Positions 57,533 through 64,000 of a stretch of DNA of 64,000 bases are shown in pieces. The stretch comes from an uncultured Armatimonadetes bacterium (GTDB taxonomy: Bacteria; Armatimonadota; Hebobacteria; Hebobacterales; Hebobacteraceae). The notes under the pieces were generated by a model. That model saw only the letters and a program-made list of their open reading frames with translations, searched no databases and was not told the origin of the DNA. The position numbers and the translations under genes are program-made. The stretch's first letter is position 1. Each line of letters opens with the position of its first letter. The stretch covers positions 704,001-768,000 of the forward strand of contig OY970296.1 in assembly GCA_963716175.1 (NCBI GenBank), in the 5' to 3' direction.

Positions 57533-59872
57533 GTGAGAATGGGTGCAGCACTCCTCGTTTGCCTCGGGTGTCTCCTCGTGATATCGCTCGGCCAGCCGGC
57601 CGAGGCGGCGGGTGATGTCGATCTGGCGAAGATCAAGACCAGCCTCCTGAGCTACCTGACCGGCGCGGACGCCGACCGAAATGACCCCGCGGTGGCCGCG
57701 TCGCTGCGAGACGTCGAGGAGTCGGCGCGTAAGGCCCTCACCTCGCTGCGCGCAGACGGAAGCTGGGACGACATCGACTACTCGGCGGGGCCGGATCAGG
57801 AAGCGCGTCTGTCCCGTCATCTCGGCCGCATCAGCGCGATGGCGCGGGGCTTCCGGACGCCGGGGCGGCCTCTCCACGAAGACCCCGATCTGGTGCCGGC
57901 GGTTGAGAAGGCGCTCGCGTTCGTCCGCCCGCTTGTGGGCGTGGACTGCGCCAAGCCCGGGAACTGGTGGTACTGGCAGATCCAGATGCCCGGCACCCTG
58001 GGCCAGACGCTCTTGCTCATGGGAGGGCATCTGAGCCAGGCCATCGTTGCCGAGGTCGTGGCGACGATGAAGTACCTCCTGACGGAGGATGCGCTCGATG
58101 CGCCGCGGCCGAGCCAGGCCGGCCACTGGCATCGGACGTTACTGAAGGTGACCGGGCCCACGGCAAAGCACACGGCGCTGCATGCTGGACAGAACCGGAT
58201 CTGGGTTGCCATGAACCACCTCTACCTGGCCCTGCTGACTGATGATCGGCGGCGGGCGCAAGTGGTGCGGGACGCTTTCACTGCGGAGTGCCAGGTGCAG
58301 GAGGGCGAGGGCATCAAGGAGGACTACTCGTTCCACCAGCACGGGCCGCTGCTCTACACGGGTGGCTACGGCCGCGGCTTCACCGAGGATGTGGCCCGGT
58401 ACATCTGGATCGCACGCGGCACGCGGTACCAGATCCCCGAGGCGGGTCTCGACGCCTTCGCGCACTACGTCCTGGACGGCGCCGTCTGGTGCATCTATGA
58501 GAACTACTATGATCCCTCGGTGCGGGGCCGTGAGATCACCCGCGGGAATGATCATCCGCAGCAGGTGCCGCTCTCTCTGCTGGTGCTGGCCCATGTCGCG
58601 AACCCGCGGCGGGAGGAAGCGATCGGCGCCGCCAAGAGCTTCCACCAGTTCACTCCCTCCTATCGGATGCAGGCGGCCCCGCTCTGGTCGGCTATCAGGG
58701 ATACGCCCATCGCGGCTTCTCTGCCCATAGGCCATCGGCACTACTGGGAGTCCGACTACACCGTCCACCGCGGAGCGGGCTACTTCGCTTCCTTGCGGAT
58801 GTTCTCGGAGCGCACCAAGGCGGCCGAGCTGATCAACGGCGAAGGTTTGACCTCCTGGCACCAGTCCGACGGCCTGCTCTGGGTGTTCCTGCACGGCGGA
58901 GACTACGTCACCCACGATGTGCTGCCGACGCTGGACTGGCTGCGCCTGCCGGGCACGACGGTCGAGCGGAGGCAACTGAAGCCGGCCGAGGGCTATGACG
59001 AGCAGCCGCGGCCGGCGACCCGCGCCTTCGTGGGCGGGGTCTTCACGAAGGACCGCGGCGCGTCGGCGATGGAGCTGGCCGCGGCGGCCTCGCCGCTCAC
59101 GGCCAGGAAAAGCTGGTTCTTCTTTGGCGACGAGATCGTTTGCCTGGGCAGCGACATTGACTGCCCGACCGACCGCCCAGCGGAGACCGTGGTCAACCAG
59201 TGGCCCCTGACGGATCCCGCGGCGCCGCTCACCGTGGATGGGCAAGTGCAGCCGTCCTCCCTCCCGTGGCACGCGGTGCTGCCGGATCCTAAGTGGGCTC
59301 ACTGCGACGGGATCGGCTACTACTTCCCCGAACCCGCGCATCTGGAGGCGCAGCGGGCCGTGCAGACCGGCGTCTGGCGCAGCATGACCGAAACCGGGAG
59401 CGAGGCGAGCCACTCGAACCCCTTCCTCACGCTCTGGTTCGACCACGGCACTCAGGCCAGAGGCGCGTCCTACTCCTATGCCATCCTGCCGGCGAAGACG
59501 GCGGCACAGACGGAGGCCTATGCCGCCTCGAACCCGATCACCATCCTGGCGCATGACAGCAGGGCGCACGCGGTCCGGCAGAACGCGCGTAACGCAGTGG
59601 GGGTGGTGTTCTGGGCGCCGGGTTCGGCGGGCAGGCTGTCCGCGGACCACGCCTGCATCGCCTTCTATGAGGAGACGACGGAGGGCTTCACGCTCACGGT
59701 GAGCGACCCCACGCACCAGGCCAGCACCTTCCACGTGACCATTGACGAGCCGCTGACCCCGGTACAGCTTCCCCCCGAAGTGAGCAGCACCATCTCGGAC
59801 GGGAGGACCATCCTCACGTACCGTGCCGAGAGGGGCCGGAACTATCTCGGGCACTTCGTGCACCAGCGGTAG
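57533..59872 (+). CDS. Polysaccharide lyase family 8 (chondroitin AC/hyaluronate/xanthan lyase-like), secreted
   Basis: NWWYWQI, GQNRIW, SFHQHG, YTGGYG, GREITR, RLPGTT, KSWFFF. Confidence 0.92.
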   Translation: MRMGAALLVCLGCLLVISLGQPAEAAGDVDLAKIKTSLLSYLTGADADRNDPAVAASLRDVEESARKALTSLRADGSWDDIDYSAGPDQEARLSRHLGRISAMARGFRTPGRPLHEDPDLVPAVEKALAFVRPLVGVDCAKPGNWWYWQIQMPGTLGQTLLLMGGHLSQAIVAEVVATMKYLLTEDALDAPRPSQAGHWHRTLLKVTGPTAKHTALHAGQNRIWVAMNHLYLALLTDDRRRAQVVRDAFTAECQVQEGEGIKEDYSFHQHGPLLYTGGYGRGFTEDVARYIWIARGTRYQIPEAGLDAFAHYVLDGAVWCIYENYYDPSVRGREITRGNDHPQQVPLSLLVLAHVANPRREEAIGAAKSFHQFTPSYRMQAAPLWSAIRDTPIAASLPIGHRHYWESDYTVHRGAGYFASLRMFSERTKAAELINGEGLTSWHQSDGLLWVFLHGGDYVTHDVLPTLDWLRLPGTTVERRQLKPAEGYDEQPRPATRAFVGGVFTKDRGASAMELAAAASPLTARKSWFFFGDEIVCLGSDIDCPTDRPAETVVNQWPLTDPAAPLTVDGQVQPSSLPWHAVLPDPKWAHCDGIGYYFPEPAHLEAQRAVQTGVWRSMTETGSEASHSNPFLTLWFDHGTQARGASYSYAILPAKTAAQTEAYAASNPITILAHDSRAHAVRQNARNAVGVVFWAPGSAGRLSADHACIAFYEETTEGFTLTVSDPTHQASTFHVTIDEPLTPVQLPPEVSSTISDGRTILTYRAERGRNYLGHFVHQR

Positions 59873-60036
59873 TGGCGACCACGGCGATAAGGCCGCCCCT
59901 GACCTCCCGGGCCTCTCGCCGTCACTCCATCTCCGGGTTTGCGTCCGATGGGGGCACTATCAGACGCGGAATCAGCCTCAGAGAGCAACCCGAGTCGATC
60001 CGGGAGCCGAGCAGGGCGGTCCATCTGACTCACGGG

Positions 60037-61845
60037 TCAGAGCGACAGCTCGAACGCCCTCGCCACATACACCGCCATCTGATCCCGCGTTACCTGCCGC
60101 TGCGGCTGGTAGGTGCCGTCCTCGTAGCCGTTCACCACCCCGTGGTCTACGCAGGCCTTGATCGCCACTCCCGACCAGAAGCCAGCAGGCACATCCGGAA
60201 AGAGCTGGGGAGCTGTGTTGAGAGCGTCACTGAGCATCACCCATCCCTTCGCCCGGGCGATGAACACGGCCATCTGGCCCCGATCCACCACCAGATCGGG
60301 CTGGTAGTGGGTGGGGTCATAGCCCTGCACCACGCCCTGAGCCACCGCGTACTCGATGTACTTGTAGGCCCAGCTGCCGATGGGCGCGTCGTCAGGGAAG
60401 CTCGGAGTGGCCGGCCCACTAGGCACATTCCCATCACTACCAGCCAGAGCGCGGGCGATGTAAACCGCCATCTGGTCGCGGGTGACGGCCTTGCCGGGTT
60501 GGTAGGTGCCGTCGGCGTAGCCTTTGACGATGCCGGCGTCTACACAGGCGAGGATCTGGTGTAAGGCCCAGTCGTCCGCCGGCACGTCCAGGAAGGTCAC
60601 CACCACGCAGTCTGCCTTTGTCTTCGTGTTCGACCCGCTGGCATTGTGAACGGTCAGACTCACACTATAGGCGCCAAGCTGCGTGTATTCGTGTGTCGGG
60701 TTCTGGGCGGCGGAACTGCCGCCGTCCCCGAAGTGCCACAGCCAAGCTGTGGGGGCACCGGTGGACTGGTCGGTGAAGCTTACCGTCAGAGGCGCGGAAC
60801 CGCTGGTCGGCGTGGCGATGAAAGCGGCGGAGGGGCCTCCTGCAATGACGAGATGCGCCACCTGGCTGTTACCGGTATCGGCCACCCAGCACGAGCCGTC
60901 GGTGGGGTCAACCGAAACAGAGCGGGGGTTGAAGAACTCACACGCGGGGGAGGCTGCACTTCGCCACAACTCCACCCCGCTCGACGATAGGTGTACCACT
61001 TGCGAATGGGCTACGTCCGTCGCCCAGCAGGAGCCGTCCGCCAAGTTGGCGGAGACGGACCAGGGCGCGGAGAACCCGCCGGTCCGCGACAGCTCGACCC
61101 CGGCTGCGGACAGGTGCACGACCTGGTTGTTGTTTGTGTCCGCCACCCAGCAAGAGCTGTCCGCGGGGTCCACGGAGATGGAGTAGGGCGAGTAGAACTC
61201 GGGCGTCGGCAGGTCCTCGCTCCGCCACAGCTCAGCCCCGCCGGCCGACACATGTATTATCTGGCTGATGCCATTGACACCATTGGACGCCGATATCCAG
61301 CAGGAGCCATCCGTAGGGTTGGCGGCGACCGCCAGGGGGGACTGGAACTGCGGTATGGGAGGTCCCGGACTCCGCCACAACTGCACGCCGCCCACCGACA
61401 AGTGGACGACCTGGCTGTTGGTGGTATCCGCCACCCAGCAAGAGCCGTCCGCCGAGTTGACCGAGACCGAGTTGGGCTGGTTGAACCCGCCTCCGCGCCA
61501 GAGCTCAGTGCCACTCTGGGCCAGATGGACCACTTGGTTGTTACCCGTGTCGGCCACCCAGCAGGTGCCATCTGCGGAGTTCACGGAGACGGATGCTGCG
61601 CAGTAGAACCCCCCTCCGCGCCAGAGCTCGGTTCCGTCCTGGGCGAGGTGGACCACCTGGTTATTGGCGGTGTCGGCCACCCAGCAGGAGCTGTCCGTCG
61701 GGTTGAGCGAGACGAGTAGCGGATCGGCAAACTGGTAGGCGGGGGAGGTCGCGCTCCGCCACGCCTCCACGACGGATTCGGCGGCGGAGCGGCCGCAGGC
61801 GGCAGTGAGAAGGACCAGCGCAACGAGGAACCTCCACTTCATCAT
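60037..61845 (-). CDS. Surface protein: seven NHL-like propeller repeats, PKD domain, three SLH domains
   Basis: 7x (S/T)CW-centred repeats; APLTVSFTDQS...WHFGDG PKD; 3x R(D/G)QMAV SLH. Confidence 0.9.
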   Translation of the reverse strand: MMKWRFLVALVLLTAACGRSAAESVVEAWRSATSPAYQFADPLLVSLNPTDSSCWVADTANNQVVHLAQDGTELWRGGGFYCAASVSVNSADGTCWVADTGNNQVVHLAQSGTELWRGGGFNQPNSVSVNSADGSCWVADTTNSQVVHLSVGGVQLWRSPGPPIPQFQSPLAVAANPTDGSCWISASNGVNGISQIIHVSAGGAELWRSEDLPTPEFYSPYSISVDPADSSCWVADTNNNQVVHLSAAGVELSRTGGFSAPWSVSANLADGSCWATDVAHSQVVHLSSSGVELWRSAASPACEFFNPRSVSVDPTDGSCWVADTGNSQVAHLVIAGGPSAAFIATPTSGSAPLTVSFTDQSTGAPTAWLWHFGDGGSSAAQNPTHEYTQLGAYSVSLTVHNASGSNTKTKADCVVVTFLDVPADDWALHQILACVDAGIVKGYADGTYQPGKAVTRDQMAVYIARALAGSDGNVPSGPATPSFPDDAPIGSWAYKYIEYAVAQGVVQGYDPTHYQPDLVVDRGQMAVFIARAKGWVMLSDALNTAPQLFPDVPAGFWSGVAIKACVDHGVVNGYEDGTYQPQRQVTRDQMAVYVARAFELSL

Positions 61846-62169
61846 CAGCTACCTTTCTGAGGCATCGAGCGCACGCGGACCCGACCACTGCGCCGGAATC
61901 GAGCGCGGAGCGTGCCCAATCCTCTCCTGGGTGCGGCCCGGGTCTCGCGTGAGAGTATATACCTGCGACCAGCCGGAGGTTCTCACGGTCCGTGCACTCT
62001 GCCCCCAATACCCCGGCGCCGCCCGAACGCCTCACTCGCCCCGGAACCCGCGGCAACGCGAGGCCGGCGCGGAGGCCGTCTGCCATGGAGATTTGTCGGG
62101 TCCCCTCGTGCGAACTTGCGTCCGGTAGACGGCACTATCGGACGCACACTCAGACCTGGAAGGCCGAAA

Positions 62170-62400
62170 GAGGCAAGGATCGTGAACCTCAGCACGACTT
62201 CCGAGGAGTTCCCAGGCGAGGTCTCGTACGGCGCCAGCAAGCACGCGCTGGAAAGCTATAGCCGAGCCGTGGCGTGCGAGCTGGGCCGCTACAGCATCAC
62301 CGTGAATATCGTCGTACCCGGTCCCACGCAGACCGGGTACATAAACGCGGAACTGGCAAAGAGGTGCGTGGCCGGACGCCCCGTTGGAGGGCCTGGCGAT
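62170..62400 (+). pseudogene. SDR oxidoreductase C-terminal fragment
   Basis: RIVNLST...YGASKHALE (YxxxK), ITVNIVVPGPTQTG; no Rossmann N-terminus. Confidence 0.75.
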
Positions 62401-62469
62401 GTGCGGGTCATTTTGCCCGTAAGCGGCCGTCTGCCCCTAGTGAACGACTCCGGCTCTGGGCGGGGTCAG

Positions 62470-62511
62470 AGCCTGGGCGCAGCGCCTTCGGGCGCTGCGC
62501 CCAGGCTTTCT
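62470..62511. terminator. 17-bp perfect hairpin with TTCG loop
   Basis: AGCCTGGGCGCAGCGCC-TTCG-GGCGCTGCGCCCAGGCT-TTCT between convergent genes. Confidence 0.7.
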
Positions 62512-62558
62512 CCCTCCGTCTGAACAGGCCCGCGTCGCGGTGACGCCGGCCGATGCAC

Positions 62559-64000
62559 TCACCGGGGCCGGGTCCCGAGCGTAACTCCCGGCACCTCGCC
62601 CCTGGGATAGCAGCCCATCTTGATCAGCGGGCTGCCCGCTTGAACCCGCAGGTCTCTGGAGAGCAGGTCGGAAAAGCCCGGGTCAGCCACCACGCTGGCC
62701 TGCTCAAGGTCGAGTTCGTCTCGCACCTCGTCCAGGCTGGCGTATTCGCGATGTCTGCCCCAGGCCACACCCCAGTTGAACAGGCCCTGCCCGGGGCTGG
62801 GGTAGTAGATGTTCCCCTGGAACCTGAAACCCAGCCTCTTGAGCGTCAGGCCGCGAGACGCGCCCTCCTTCACGCTTCTCAGCGCCCCTCTCTTCCTGCA
62901 TGGAGGCCGGCCACTGGCGCTGGTCCTGGACATCGAACCAGCCCCAGGTCTGGGCGTCCCGGTTGTAAGCCAGCACGTTGTTGCCGATCATCTCATCGTG
63001 GTTCCAGATGGGATACTCCCTCTCGCGATCCTCTATGTGAGGAGTAGTGCGCTCCTGCTCGCGGAAGCTGAGGCCCTCCTTGTTGGCAACGATCAGGTTG
63101 CGCTCGATTACGCAGCCTGGGGAGCTAGAGAGGGAGATGCCAGCCGATGCACCCCAGGCGGCAGGCGAGTCGGCGAACCCGTTGCCGGTGATCACATTGT
63201 CGTGGGCCTGCAGGCGATAGGAGATCTCGTAGAACAGGCCCGCGTCCTCGTTATCGGCGATCAGGCAGTTCCTGACCACGCAGTCCTCATTGCCAATGTC
63301 GAACCAGACGCCGTGGCCCCGGTTCTCGATGAACAGGCTGCGCTCCAGCACCACTCCTCGGGAGAGGGCGATCTTGTTTCCCCCTGCCTCCCAGTCGCGG
63401 CTGAAGCCCTTGGTATTGTTGCTTCTCACAGTGCATCCGGTGAGGAGCAGGCGGTGGGCGCGGCTGGCGCCGAAGCCAAGCTGGCCGTTGTCCTCGAACG
63501 TGCAGCGCCGCACCACGATGTCCTGCCCGCTGAATGCGGCTCCGCTGCCATTGGCCTTCTCGAAGACGCAGTCTTCGACCAGCCCATGATTGCCGGAGAA
63601 CCGCACGGCTCCCTGCTGAGCCCGGTTGGCGGCATAGCGAAACCGGAGGCCGCGCACCTGAACATAGTCGCCCTTCGATTCCCAGATCACGTCGCACGTT
63701 GAGGCCTCGACCCGCGCCGACTCATCCATCTCCTCGTTTCCGTATCCCCAGATGTAGAGTCGGCCTGCCTCCAGATCAACCCAGAAGCTTCCGCGGGACA
63801 TCTGGTCGCGAGCCAGCACCTGGTGCAGGGCATACCCGTTCCAGAACACCTGCTCCGCCCGGCCAATCAAGAGGTGGTAATCGTCGTTGGGATGGGCGTA
63901 GCGGTCGTTCCGGGTGATGAAGCGGTAGGGCCAGACGGTGCTGAAGATGCGCCTGTCGGGGTCCGCTCGCTCCCACTCTGTGATGCGATCGGCCCCCGTC
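62559..64000 (-). CDS. Right-handed beta-helix (pectin-lyase-like) protein; 5' end outside the window; frameshift near 62880-62895
   Basis: Parallel beta-helix repeats (GVWFDIGN, GLFYEIS, WEAGGNK); the plausible C-terminus (ADPGF.D...DLR....SPLI) is in another frame. Confidence 0.8.

Noticed and set aside
1-64000. Many long overlapping or antisense ORFs in the track (e.g. 26131-27792 +, 58139-59863 -, 16203-17456 +, 42326-43495 -)
   Set aside because: Shadow frames of well-supported genes in high-GC DNA; no family motifs
1-64000. CRISPR array, cas genes, integron integrase, reverse transcriptase, phage genes
   Set aside because: No regularly spaced repeat-spacer array or diagnostic motifs seen

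Overview
GC-rich bacterial chromosomal window. SLH-domain surface proteins, outer-membrane barrels and a prepilin/H-X9-DG gene suggest a diderm Armatimonadota-like organism (inference). Intact content: a phoB-phoR-porin locus, an ECF sigma factor with a long C-terminal extension, a Zn/Mn-type uptake operon, a sugar ABC transporter, perR-catalase, tRNA-Phe, and many carbohydrate or amide catabolic enzymes (2x DUF4038, GH129-like, PL8, 2x URO-D-like, 2x creatininase, amidohydrolases, DegT). Long intergenic spaces are full of gene and IS relics (IS3, IS256, an IS66-type MITE with an 8-bp target duplication, a DUF2924 module remnant). The most interesting unannotated signals are: (1) a leader-peptide/SD-sequestration attenuator upstream of an RNHCP gene; (2) a family of co-oriented ~50-nt bulged-hairpin repeats that bracket single accessory genes like cassettes; (3) a DUF2946-like CxxC...RSPP leader ORF ahead of the metal uptake operon; (4) twin hairpins with complementary 8-nt apices; (5) cyanobacterial-type Pho boxes. 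All family calls come from motif recognition by eye; no searches were run.
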